A stretch of 62,427 nucleotides of DNA, filler included. It is 4 parts of 4 records of this genome, joined end to end, with 100 filler letters (N's around TTAATTAATTAA, not from the genome) between each part and the next. Parts side by side here need not be neighbours in the genome. Positions count along the whole stretch, not along the records: positions 1 to 14,013 come from SRR31156797_6274; positions 14,114 to 44,843 come from SRR31156797_6277; 2 more parts are not named here. One strand, 5' to 3'. The position numbers and the translations under genes are program-made. Position 1 is the first letter of the stretch, and the number at the start of each line of letters is the position of its first letter. The notes under the pieces are model-generated. The model searched no databases, was not told the origin of the DNA, and saw nothing but the letters and a program-made list of their open reading frames with translations. Positions 9,797 through 19,361 of the stretch are shown piece by piece.

Positions 9797-11572
9797 GTGG
9801 AACAGATGGAATTTAGACTAATAATTGCGCTAATACAAGTAGTATTAATAATATTTACAATAATTAATTTAATTAAATTTTATTCTCGAAAGTCAGGAAA
9901 TAAAAAAGCCTCAAGAGAAGCATTATATAAGTTGAGAAAAGAACAGGGTGGTGAATTTCCTTCTGTTCCTACTGATCAGGTTGGACATTTAAAGGAGATT
10001 TACAAAAAAGATTTCAATATTGCAGAATTAGTTGAAATATCGGGGATTTATAGTGAGATGATTTTTGAAGCGCATCACAGAGGCGGTAAGACGGAGAGTA
10101 TAGTTTCATATTTCAATGAACATGAAGTAGTAGTTCCAAATAATAGTGATTTTAAAAGTGGAGTTAATTATGAGCTAAAAACAGCACTGCTAAAGAGTAA
10201 ACTCTATCTTATATCAGCTGAAGTATCTGAGATTCAGGAAAATGAGGAGCTTATTCAGGAAACTAATGAAATCGAAGGGGTATCTGCCACTGATAGTTTA
10301 GCAAAATTAGATGGTATTAAGCAAATAAGAACACAATCTACTGGTGAGAAGAAACTATTTTTAGCATCGTCAATAATTATTATCATAGGGACATTTTTTC
10401 TAAGTATTATGTCAGGTGTAGAAGCCTTTGTAGCTATTCCATATGTTGTTGCTATAACTTTGCTCTGTATGCTCATTAGTTTGATGCTAATGTTGATGAA
10501 ATCAAAGCCGGTAATATCGTTTAAGGGAGAAGTAACGAAAGATGAACATGGCAGTGTTTTTATAGAGAAGATACCACTTCTTATGCCAAAAAAATGGTCA
10601 AAAACAATTGAAAATGGAGAGATAGTTGAGATAGAAGCTATTAAGCAAGTTAATAAAGTAGTAACTTTAACTCCATTGAAGTATAAAGAGTTTTCAGTTC
10701 AGAAAGATAATAAAGGCTTTAAACTTAGCAGATTTATCTACTTTATTATTATGGCACTATATTTTTCCGGATTTACTTATTTAGTGTGGAATAGCAAAAA
10801 CTTTGAAAAACTCAGAACATACGCTAAGATAAAGGATATAAAATCAGATTTTTATACTCAGAAAGAGATAAATGAGCATGAGTTCGTAGAAGGGCAAATG
10901 ATAAAAATTCATAATGTAAGATATTTAGAGAATCCACATTATGGAGAAGCCTTGGTGTTAAATGACTTCCTTCCTTTGGATGAAAAATTAAATAGAAAAA
11001 TAGCTGAATGGGATGCAGTAGCTGAGGATATAAATATATTTGTACAAAACCCGGCAATGTATTTTTATCAAGGTAGAGGTAATAAATATACGGATAATCA
11101 ATATTTCACTAAATTACTGGAACTTCTACAAGATGCTAATTCGTCTCAAAATGAAATAGCTAGAACTTTTACGAGTTTTTTAAATAACAGGTTAAACCCT
11201 ATTAATGACGAAATAGAGAAGCTTCGGTTGGAGAGATATCAAAATGTTGAAAGTAGTTTAACTTTAACTGGGAGTTCAGTGAATAGTTCAGAGTATAGAT
11301 ACGTTAGAAATGCATATGATAGTTTTATAAAACTTCCTGATCTATTTAAAGCTTTTTATGGTATAAATGATGCCTTAGTTGAGGGAGTAGTAAATAGAGT
11401 AGAGGAGAAAAACGGAAAACTAAAACTGGAGATATCGAAGTACTCAAGTTATGATAGAATAGACAGGTATAAACCATATGAAAAATTGTTTGAATTTTTA
11501 TATTCTGTAGTTGCTATATTTGTAATGCTTATGTTACTTGAACTATTTAGATTAGTGTTTAAACGAGATTAA
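9797..11572 (+). CDS. Multi-pass membrane protein, IgaA/UmoB-like architecture
   Basis: Five hydrophobic segments in a 1+2+1+1 arrangement with a large domain before the last. LLMPKKW and EFVEGQMIKI recall IgaA segments (from memory). Confidence 0.5.
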   Translation: MEQMEFRLIIALIQVVLIIFTIINLIKFYSRKSGNKKASREALYKLRKEQGGEFPSVPTDQVGHLKEIYKKDFNIAELVEISGIYSEMIFEAHHRGGKTESIVSYFNEHEVVVPNNSDFKSGVNYELKTALLKSKLYLISAEVSEIQENEELIQETNEIEGVSATDSLAKLDGIKQIRTQSTGEKKLFLASSIIIIIGTFFLSIMSGVEAFVAIPYVVAITLLCMLISLMLMLMKSKPVISFKGEVTKDEHGSVFIEKIPLLMPKKWSKTIENGEIVEIEAIKQVNKVVTLTPLKYKEFSVQKDNKGFKLSRFIYFIIMALYFSGFTYLVWNSKNFEKLRTYAKIKDIKSDFYTQKEINEHEFVEGQMIKIHNVRYLENPHYGEALVLNDFLPLDEKLNRKIAEWDAVAEDINIFVQNPAMYFYQGRGNKYTDNQYFTKLLELLQDANSSQNEIARTFTSFLNNRLNPINDEIEKLRLERYQNVESSLTLTGSSVNSSEYRYVRNAYDSFIKLPDLFKAFYGINDALVEGVVNRVEEKNGKLKLEISKYSSYDRIDRYKPYEKLFEFLYSVVAIFVMLMLLELFRLVFKRD

Positions 11573-11674
11573 CAGCTTTTGAGGAAATAAACTAACTAAA
11601 AAAATAAGAACTCCTTGAAATATAAAGTTTGAGAGTTTCTGGGAGCACATAAATAAAATGTGGAGGAAATATTT

Positions 11675-12253
11675 ATGAATAAAAACAGATGGACTGTTTT
11701 ATTAATTGGTGGCTCATCAGGTATAGGAAAAAGCAGTATAGCCAAAGAGTTATCAAAGATATATGACGCAAAAATAATTGAAGCGGATGATATATGCTGT
11801 GCTGTTGAAGCCATGACAAACGCCGAATCACATCCGGCAATCCATTATTGGATGGGAGATACAGACTGGAGAGACATCGGTGTAATGGGAAACGTAGATT
11901 GGTTATGTAAAGTGAGTGATGAGTTAAGCCATGCATTGAAAGCTATAGTTCAGAATCATATTGAAGAGGAAAAAAATCTAATCATTGAGGGAGACTTTAT
12001 ATCTGCAAAACTAGCTGCTTCATTTGAAAATCCAAATATAAAAGTTGTATATATTTATGAAGATGATGAAACTCAAATTGTAAATAATTATTTGAGAAGA
12101 GAAGGTGGAAAAGCGCAAGAGTTTAGATCAAGTATAAGTGTCGAATATGGAAAAAAGCTAAAAAATGATTGCAACGAGCATGGTCTAAAGATAGTAGAGT
12201 CCAGGCCCTGGAACTCTCTGTTAGATAGAGTGATTGATTGTATAAATAGATAG
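11675..12253 (+). CDS. P-loop kinase (2-phosphoglycerate kinase-like)
   Basis: LIGGSSGIGKS Walker A and LIIEGD; GGAGG RBS before ATG 11675. Confidence 0.75.
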   Translation: MNKNRWTVLLIGGSSGIGKSSIAKELSKIYDAKIIEADDICCAVEAMTNAESHPAIHYWMGDTDWRDIGVMGNVDWLCKVSDELSHALKAIVQNHIEEEKNLIIEGDFISAKLAASFENPNIKVVYIYEDDETQIVNNYLRREGGKAQEFRSSISVEYGKKLKNDCNEHGLKIVESRPWNSLLDRVIDCINR

Positions 12254-12281
12254 TTGTAAAATTTAGAAAAAATGAAAAAGA

Positions 12282-12306
12282 GGTTTCTCTTTGTGAAAGA
12301 GAAACC
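12282..12306. terminator. Hairpin between convergent genes
   Basis: GGTTTCTCTTT-GTG-AAAGAGAAACC. Confidence 0.65.
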
Positions 12307-12330
12307 GCTAAAAAGGGAGAAGTTTAACTC

Positions 12331-13878
12331 CTAGCTTTGTTGAGTTATTAAATCTTTTAGCATAAATCGTCTTAATTTTCCTAATCTGGTTTTAGGAAGC
12401 TCAGTATGGATGATTTTAAAATTTACAATTTTTTTATAAGAAATGCTTTTTTTATTGTAATAATCCATAACACTGGATTTAATTATTTCTCGTATTTTAT
12501 CATGTTCTCGAAAACCCAATTTCTCATAATCAGGTAATAAAAGTGCATTTAGACGATCGTTATGGTCTACAACAGCAATTTCCTGTATAAACTCTTTTCC
12601 AAACTTCATGATTTCATTCTCTATAGTTAATGGATCAATATTTTTCCCATTAGATAAAACTATCATATCCTTTTTTCTTCCTGTGATCTGTATGTAATTT
12701 TCCGAATCAAAACTTGCTAAATCACCTGTATGTAACCAACCGTTCTTATCAATAGCTTCTCTGGTTTTTTCAGGTTTATTGTAGTAACCTTTCATGACAC
12801 TTCTACCTCGTACAAGCAATTCACCCTCTTCTGAGATTTTAGTTTCTATTGACTCCAGAGGACTTCCTGCTGAGCCGGGCTTGATATTGTCCGGTTTAGT
12901 AAATGTCACTATTGGCGAAGTCTCTGTTAAACCATACCCTTCCAAAATTTTAAATCCGAGAGTGTAAAAATCTTTTGAGATCTCTCCATCTAATTTTGCA
13001 CCACCGGATACAAAATATTTAATATTACCACCAAAGGCTCTATGAACTTTTCCAAAGATTATTTTTCTTAAGTTTTCACTTTTGATTTTTTTAGCTAATT
13101 CAAATATAAATCCTGTTATTTTTTTTGATATAATCTTATTTATTATTCCCTTATGAAAAAGACTAAATAACTTAGGAACACCAACGAAAATAGTGGCTCT
13201 ATAATCTGTAAATGCTTTTTTTATCTTGTCAGATGTAAGCTCGGTAATAAAAACTGATGTTGAACCATAATAAAACGGCAATATTCCCGTTACAACCAAT
13301 GCAAAAATATGATAAAGAGGTAATACCGTGAGCAATATATCACTCTCCTCATAAATCCCGTATTTACTTATTGATTCTATTTGTGCCAGGATATTATCAA
13401 ATGTAAGCATTACACCTTTTGGATCACCTGTAGTTCCCGAAGTATAAAGTATTAATACAGTATCTTCTTTATCTGGTGCTTCCATTTCCGACACTTCTTC
13501 ACTTGTATTTTTATTAGAAATTTCTTCAAAGATTAATAATTCTATATCAAGTCCTGATTTTTCAATTGCACGTATTGCAATCTTTTTTTTATCTGCTGAA
13601 GTAAAAATATATTTTGGACTAGAATCCTTTAATACATAACACAATTCATCTGCATTGCTTGCAGAATCTATTGGAGTAGCTATTCCTTTTTTATCCCAAA
13701 CTGCAAATAATGAATAAAGAAATTCCGGTCTGTTCGCTGAAAAAATAGTAACTCTATCCCCTTTTTCCAGATTTAGCAAAGTCCCATAACTGTTTATTTG
13801 CTTTAGAAGTTTAGTATAACTCACTTCTTTCCCGTCACAAATAACTGCAGTTTTTTTCAGATTTCTAATTAATTTCAT
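12331..13878 (-). CDS. Long-chain fatty acid-CoA ligase (AMP-binding)
   Basis: YTSGTTGDPKG, EGYGLTETSP, GWLHTGDL and GRKKD motifs. Confidence 0.92.
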   Translation of the reverse strand: MKLIRNLKKTAVICDGKEVSYTKLLKQINSYGTLLNLEKGDRVTIFSANRPEFLYSLFAVWDKKGIATPIDSASNADELCYVLKDSSPKYIFTSADKKKIAIRAIEKSGLDIELLIFEEISNKNTSEEVSEMEAPDKEDTVLILYTSGTTGDPKGVMLTFDNILAQIESISKYGIYEESDILLTVLPLYHIFALVVTGILPFYYGSTSVFITELTSDKIKKAFTDYRATIFVGVPKLFSLFHKGIINKIISKKITGFIFELAKKIKSENLRKIIFGKVHRAFGGNIKYFVSGGAKLDGEISKDFYTLGFKILEGYGLTETSPIVTFTKPDNIKPGSAGSPLESIETKISEEGELLVRGRSVMKGYYNKPEKTREAIDKNGWLHTGDLASFDSENYIQITGRKKDMIVLSNGKNIDPLTIENEIMKFGKEFIQEIAVVDHNDRLNALLLPDYEKLGFREHDKIREIIKSSVMDYYNKKSISYKKIVNFKIIHTELPKTRLGKLRRFMLKDLITQQS

Positions 13879-14013
13879 TCAATACCTCCCTTTTAAATCT
13901 TAATTTATTGAATAGTTCAACTAATTTTAGAAAAAATTAAAAGCTAATTGTGTAATAGCTTATAATTATAATGAACTGCAAAGATAACCACACAATACTG
14001 TAGGGGCAGAATC

Positions 14014-14113
14014 NNNNNNNNNNNNNNNNNNNNNNNNNNNNNNNNNNNNNNNNNNNNTTAATTAATTAANNNNNNNNNNNNNNNNNNNNNNNNNNNNNNN
14101 NNNNNNNNNNNNN
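14014..14113. other. Artificial contig linker
   Basis: N-run with TTAATTAATTAA (stops in all six frames) at 14058-14069. Confidence 0.98.
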
Positions 14114-15112
14114 TCTTCTTTGCATTGCTGCATCTTTTTCAAAGTATTTTCTATACTCTTTTAAAGTAGTCGCTCCGATTGTATGAAGTTCCCCTCTAGC
14201 AAGTGCTGGTTTTAAGATATTTGCTGCATCCATAGAACCTTCACTAGCCCCAGCTCCAATAATAGTATGGATCTCATCAATAAAGAGGATAATATTTCCT
14301 TGTTTTTGTACCTCTTTAATAACTGCTTTTAATCTATCTTCAAACTCTCCTCTATATTTTGCCCCAGCGATCATCGCTGACATATCAAGAGCGATCACTT
14401 TTTTATTTTGTAAGCTTGTAGGAACATCTTTATCAACAATTCTTTGAGCTAGACCTTCAGCAATAGCTGTTTTACCAGTTCCAGGCTCCCCTAGTAAAAT
14501 AGGGTTGTTTTTAGTCTTTCTAATTAAGATCTGCATCATTCTTTGGATCTGTTCATCTCTACCAATCACAGGATCAAGTTTCCCATCAATCGCTTTTTTA
14601 TTAAGATCGATCCCATATTTTGAAAGTGCTTCAAGGTTATCATCACTACTTTGTGAATCAACCTTTGCTCCACCTCTTATAGATTCAAGCTCTTTTTTTA
14701 CTTCTACTAGATCTACATATTTCCCTAAAATATCTTTAAATACTTGCAGCTTTAGATTTGCAATAAGCCATGTATCTACTGCTATAAAGTTATCTCCAAT
14801 ACTTGCCATAAGTCCACTTGCATTATTAAGACTCTCCACTGCATTTCTACTGATCTTAATATTGTTTTTAGCCACTGTACTTGAGGTTGGTAGTTTTCCT
14901 GCAATACTTTTTGCTTCTAATTCAATGGCAGTTTTATCTATATTCATTTTATTTAAAAGCTGATTTAATACGCTATTAGTATTAGTTAAAAGTGCCCAGA
15001 GGATATGTACCACTTCAACTTCAGAGTTTTTATTATGTAATGCAAGAGAGAGTGAAGACTCAATGGTTTCTTGCATTTGATTTGTTAGTTTTTCAAAAAT
15101 ATTGTTTGACAT
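14114..15112 (-). CDS. clpB: ClpB chaperone, N-terminal part (truncated by contig end)
   Basis: Clp N-domain; [32 protein letters not shown]. Confidence 0.9.
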
Positions 15113-15137
15113 TTTTATATTTCCTTTAAAATTTATA

Positions 15138-15164
15138 TTGGCACTATTTAACTTTAAGTGCTAA
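15138..15164 (-). promoter_or_regulatory. CIRCE-like operator (HrcA)
   Basis: TTAGCACTT-N9-TAGTGCCAA versus consensus TTAGCACTC-N9-GAGTGCTAA, in the clpB leader. Confidence 0.75.
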
Positions 15165-15168
15165 TGTA

Positions 15169-15198
15169 ATTATAACACTTTAGTGTATCTTTGTCAAG
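15169..15198 (-). promoter_or_regulatory. Sigma70 promoter of clpB overlapped by a HAIR-like (HspR) site
   Basis: TTGACA (15197-15192), 17 bp, TATAAT (15174-15169). CTTGACA-N7-ACTAAAG (15198-15178) versus HAIR CTTGAGT-N7-ACTCAAG. Confidence 0.75.
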
Positions 15199-15212
15199 TT
15201 TAAATTGAGAAT

Positions 15213-15240
15213 AAAAAAAGCAAGGGAGTGTACCTTGCTT
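15213..15240 (-). terminator. Rho-independent terminator of the dapA unit
   Basis: AAGCAAGG...CCTTGCTT stem running into a T-tract on the minus strand. Confidence 0.7.
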
Positions 15241-15259
15241 GAAAGGGCTACTAAATAGT

Positions 15260-15559
15260 TTATAAACTACAATTATATCCATTAACCGTATGAACTTCTT
15301 TTAAGCCACAGTTAGAACATACATATTCCACATCAGCTGTTCCACTACATCCATGCTTTCTTAAAAGATTTTTTTCTATAGGGTTTACATAAAAAGTGGT
15401 TCCCGTATTTTCATCTTTAAAACTTTTTGTTGTAGCATGACATGCAGGGCAAGTGCCATTTTCTAAAAGTTCTTGTCGAGATTTTTTTGATTTAAAGTAT
15501 AAAAGAATAGAAAATACGGTTATAAGGAATAATAAAAGAAGAGCTATAACCGTATACAT
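15260..15559 (-). CDS. Small membrane-anchored Zn-ribbon protein
   Basis: N-terminal TM segment; CPAC and CSNC pairs. Confidence 0.75.
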   Translation of the reverse strand: MYTVIALLLLFLITVFSILLYFKSKKSRQELLENGTCPACHATTKSFKDENTGTTFYVNPIEKNLLRKHGCSGTADVEYVCSNCGLKEVHTVNGYNCSL

Positions 15560-15562
15560 AAA

Positions 15563-16453
15563 TTATTTAACTATTACGTAGTTTTTCATAACCTCTTCAA
15601 GTCTTTTCATATTTTCACTACTTGGAGGTGTTAAAGGGAGTCTATATTCTAGTGTTTCAGTAAGTCCTGCAATATACATCGCTGCTTTGATTGGAATAGG
15701 GTTACTTTCACAAAATAAAATAGAGTTTATTTGGTAAAGTTTGTTGCTAAGCTCTCTTGCTTCGTCATATTTTCCATCTAGTGTAAGATGGACAAGTGAA
15801 CTTTTAAGATCTGGTAAAAGATTTGCAGTTACTGAAGTGATACCAGCTCCTCCTGCACACAACATTGGAAAATCAATAGCATCATCTCCACTTAGTACTT
15901 TAAGCTCACTTCTTTGTGATACTAGTTCAGTTGTTCTATCTAAACTTCCTGTCGCTTCTTTTATTCCATAGAGATTTGGACAATCATCAAAAAGTCTGAT
16001 AACAGTATCCGCTACAATATCAACTCCTGTTCGACCAGGTACATTATATACCATTACCCCGATTTCAGGCACCGCATCAGCGATCGATTTATAGTGTTGA
16101 TAAAGTCCCTCTTGACTTGGCTTGTTATAATATGGTGTTACGGAAAATAGTGCATCTACCCCACACTTTTGTGCATGTTTTGCGATCTCTATAGCTTCTG
16201 CTGTTGAGTTGCTTCCAGCACCTGCAAGAACTTTTGTAGAAGTGTTTTTTGTCACTTCAACTGCAATTTCAATACATCTTTTGTGTTCATCGTGTGTGAG
16301 AGTTGCACTTTCACCTGTTGTTCCAACTGGACATACTGCATCTATTCCATTATCACATTGTCTTTGAATAAGCTTCGCATAGGTTTGCTCATCGAGTTTT
16401 CCATTTTTAAATGGAGTGATAATAGCAGTGGTTGCTCCTGTTACAATTGTCAT
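15563..16453 (-). CDS. dapA: 4-hydroxy-tetrahydrodipicolinate synthase
   Basis: GTTGES, PYYNKP, YNVPGRT, GIKEATG and NPIPIK motifs. Confidence 0.96.
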   Translation of the reverse strand: MTIVTGATTAIITPFKNGKLDEQTYAKLIQRQCDNGIDAVCPVGTTGESATLTHDEHKRCIEIAVEVTKNTSTKVLAGAGSNSTAEAIEIAKHAQKCGVDALFSVTPYYNKPSQEGLYQHYKSIADAVPEIGVMVYNVPGRTGVDIVADTVIRLFDDCPNLYGIKEATGSLDRTTELVSQRSELKVLSGDDAIDFPMLCAGGAGITSVTANLLPDLKSSLVHLTLDGKYDEARELSNKLYQINSILFCESNPIPIKAAMYIAGLTETLEYRLPLTPPSSENMKRLEEVMKNYVIVK

Positions 16454-16535
16454 TTATATTCCTTGACTCTAGTTTATATTTTGCGATTGTATCAAATCTT
16501 GTATAATATTCAAATGAATCAAGAACTTAAAACTT

Positions 16536-16688
16536 TTAGACAACTAAAGAATATACAAACCCAAATAAAAGAGTTGAAAGGGCAATAAACACTTCAGATG
16601 TACTATTTTCACTTCCAAGTAAACCTATTCTCACTTGATTCAAGGCAACAAAAAAACCAACTATGATTAAAGCAAATAGTAGTTCCAT
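16536..16688 (-). CDS. 50-aa two-TM small protein (absent from the ORF track)
   Basis: AAGGAG RBS, then MELLFALIIVGFFVALNQVRIGLLGSENSTSEVFIALSTLLFGFVYSLVV*. Confidence 0.6.
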   Translation of the reverse strand: MELLFALIIVGFFVALNQVRIGLLGSENSTSEVFIALSTLLFGFVYSLVV

Positions 16689-16830
16689 AACGTACTCCTT
16701 TTATTTTATTTTCATAGACAATTATAATTTTTTATTATTTAATACAATAAAATATTTTAATATTAGTTCTCATATTTAAAGTTATTTAATATTTGTGTTA
16801 TATAATATGAGTTTTAAGAGGTTATGTAAC

Positions 16831-18039
16831 ATGAAACTTAATTTAAATAAATTTCTTTTTTCTGTCTCTTTTGCACTTGATCTAGCAGAAGGTCAGATAG
16901 TATCAGTCTCAAAGCTTCATAGTAAAAGGGTTGCTTTTATCTCTTTAGAGATAGCAAATTTGCTCCAAATGAGTGATAATGAAAAGTTTGATCTATATGC
17001 GTATGCGCTTTTACACGATAATGGCTTGGTAGAATCATTTTCCAAACAAAAAGCATTTACTCTAAGCCAAGAGATAAAAATAGATGAAAACTTTAAAGAT
17101 CACTGCACTATAGGTGAAAAAAATATTCAACATTTCCCTTTTTTAACTGAGCAAAAAAATGTGATACTTTATCATCATGAGCGTTATGATGGGAAAGGTT
17201 TCTTTGGAAAAAAAGGGGATGAGATCCCATTAATGTCACAGATCATATTTTTAGCAAATATTATTGATGAGAATCTTGAAAAAGAGATCACCTTAGAGTC
17301 AAAAGAAAAAATAGACTCTTTTATATCAGGACAAAGAAATAAAGCACTCTCTCCACTTCTTGTGGAGATCTTTTTAAAACTTTCAAATGAGTTTTCCTTT
17401 TGGGGATCGTTGGAGTATTTTTATATCTTTAATCATCCAGATAAACTTCTAAAAGATATTGAGATCAATGTGACCATTGATCAATTTTATGAAATAGTAC
17501 AGATATTTTCAGAGATCGTGGATGCAAAATCTCACTATACAGCTATGCATTCACAAGATCTTTATGAAAAAACAAAGGTATTATTAGATCATTTTGATTT
17601 TGATGAACTTCATAAAAAAAAGTTACTAATAGCTGCAAACCTTCATGATATAGGAAAACTAGCAACGCCACTTAGTATTTTAGAAAAAAAAGGACCATTG
17701 AGCAAAGAGGAGCTTTTTGAGATAAAAAAACATGCTTTTTTTACTTTTAAAATTTTAAATGGGATAGACTTTTGTGAGGATATACTCTCTTGGGCATCTT
17801 ATCACCATGAGAAACCTGATGGTACAGGATATCCTTTTGGAAAAACGCAAGATGATCTTTCTTTAGAGATGCGTCTTATCTCGTGTTTGGATTTTTATCA
17901 AGCTTTAGTGGAAGATAGACCTTATCGGGATGCTATGACACATAATGATGCAATCGCAATAATGCGCGATTCACTTCAAAAAAATGAAATAGATATAGAG
18001 ATCACAGAGATGATCGATAAGGTTTTTAAGCCTTATTGA
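16831..18039 (+). CDS. Tandem HD-GYP cyclic-dinucleotide phosphodiesterase
   Basis: LLHDNG...HHERYDGKGF and LHDIGK...HHEKPDGTGYP, RPYR. Confidence 0.9.
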   Translation: MKLNLNKFLFSVSFALDLAEGQIVSVSKLHSKRVAFISLEIANLLQMSDNEKFDLYAYALLHDNGLVESFSKQKAFTLSQEIKIDENFKDHCTIGEKNIQHFPFLTEQKNVILYHHERYDGKGFFGKKGDEIPLMSQIIFLANIIDENLEKEITLESKEKIDSFISGQRNKALSPLLVEIFLKLSNEFSFWGSLEYFYIFNHPDKLLKDIEINVTIDQFYEIVQIFSEIVDAKSHYTAMHSQDLYEKTKVLLDHFDFDELHKKKLLIAANLHDIGKLATPLSILEKKGPLSKEELFEIKKHAFFTFKILNGIDFCEDILSWASYHHEKPDGTGYPFGKTQDDLSLEMRLISCLDFYQALVEDRPYRDAMTHNDAIAIMRDSLQKNEIDIEITEMIDKVFKPY

Positions 18040-19346
18040 TCTTTTCTTAAAATAACAGTTGTAGAAGTATCAGCTATAAGATATTTTTTCGCAACTTCTA
18101 CGATATCTTTTGTTGAAAGTTTATTGATGTTTTCTTCATAGTTCATAAGTGGAGTAATATCTCCTCTTGACATATAGCTTCCATATAAAGATGCTACAGA
18201 ACTTGAGCTTTCAAGAGAAAAGATAAAATCAGATTTTGTATTTTTTTTGATCTTTGTAAGCTCTTCTTGTTTTACATCACCATCTTGGATCTTTTTGATC
18301 TCATTCCAGATCTCTTTTTCTACATCCTCAGCTTTTACCCCAGGGTTACACACTGCTAAAAAGAGATACACCCCTGGATCTTTAAGTTCCATATTATAAG
18401 CATAGATAGTATTTACCATATGCTTTTTATCGATTAAAAGCTCATTTAATCTACTACTTTTTCCTGAACTTAAAAGCTCACTAAGGGCACTGAGTGCAGT
18501 TTGATCTTCATGAAGATAGTTTGGAATATGAAAGTTAATAGCTAGCATCTCTACTTGTGAGTCTTTATGGATAACAACTCTCTTTGCTCCATCTTGTTTT
18601 GGTTCATACATATAAAAGTTTTCAATTTTTTTAGATTCTTTTGTATTCTCTATTTTTCCAAAGTGCTCTTTTGCCGCTTTAAAAACTTCCTCTTTTGTGA
18701 TATCACCAGCTACTACAACAATTGCATTTGATGGTGTATAGTAAGTTTTATGGAAGTTTTTAATATCTTTGATCGACCAGTTTTGGATATCATTCATAAA
18801 TCCAATAGGAGTCCAGTGGTATGGATGGTAAGTAAAAGTATTATTAAAGAGTTTAAAATACAAATATCCTGTAGGATTGTTATCTGTTCTCCATCGTCTC
18901 TCTTCTGCGACTACATCACGCTCAGGTTGGAACTCTTTATCTTTTAAAGTAAGATTCTCCATAAGGTCGCTATATAGTTCAAGAGATTTATTCAAGTTTT
19001 TAGAACTTGATTTGATATAGTAGTGAGTATAATCAAATCCAGTTGAAGCGTTATTTACTCCTCCAAACCCTTTTACGATCTCATCAAATTCACCCGCTTT
19101 GAGATTCTTTGTAGATTTAAAGTTAAGGTGTTCAAGCATATGAGCGATTCCACTTTTTCCCATCTTCTCATCACGACTTCCCACATTGTAAAAGATATCT
19201 GTAGTAATTACATTACTCCCATTATCCATTGGTATTGCTACCACTTTTAAACCATTTTTTAAAGTTTTTTCATAATATTTTGGTAAGGCAGAACTTGCCA
19301 TTAATACTCCTTGTAAAGCTAAAAATAATACCATTAAAATTTTCAT
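18033..19346 (-). CDS. M16 zinc peptidase (pitrilysin family)
   Basis: GIAHMLEH (HxxEH), NAST and EERR; signal peptide. Confidence 0.93.
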   Translation of the reverse strand: MKILMVLFLALQGVLMASSALPKYYEKTLKNGLKVVAIPMDNGSNVITTDIFYNVGSRDEKMGKSGIAHMLEHLNFKSTKNLKAGEFDEIVKGFGGVNNASTGFDYTHYYIKSSSKNLNKSLELYSDLMENLTLKDKEFQPERDVVAEERRWRTDNNPTGYLYFKLFNNTFTYHPYHWTPIGFMNDIQNWSIKDIKNFHKTYYTPSNAIVVVAGDITKEEVFKAAKEHFGKIENTKESKKIENFYMYEPKQDGAKRVVIHKDSQVEMLAINFHIPNYLHEDQTALSALSELLSSGKSSRLNELLIDKKHMVNTIYAYNMELKDPGVYLFLAVCNPGVKAEDVEKEIWNEIKKIQDGDVKQEELTKIKKNTKSDFIFSLESSSSVASLYGSYMSRGDITPLMNYEENINKLSTKDIVEVAKKYLIADTSTTVILRKDQ

Positions 19347-19361
19347 ATCTTTTTACCTTTT

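Noticed and set aside
14058-14069. TTAATTAATTAA palindrome repeated three times in the window
   Set aside because: Synthetic six-frame-stop linker within N-runs.
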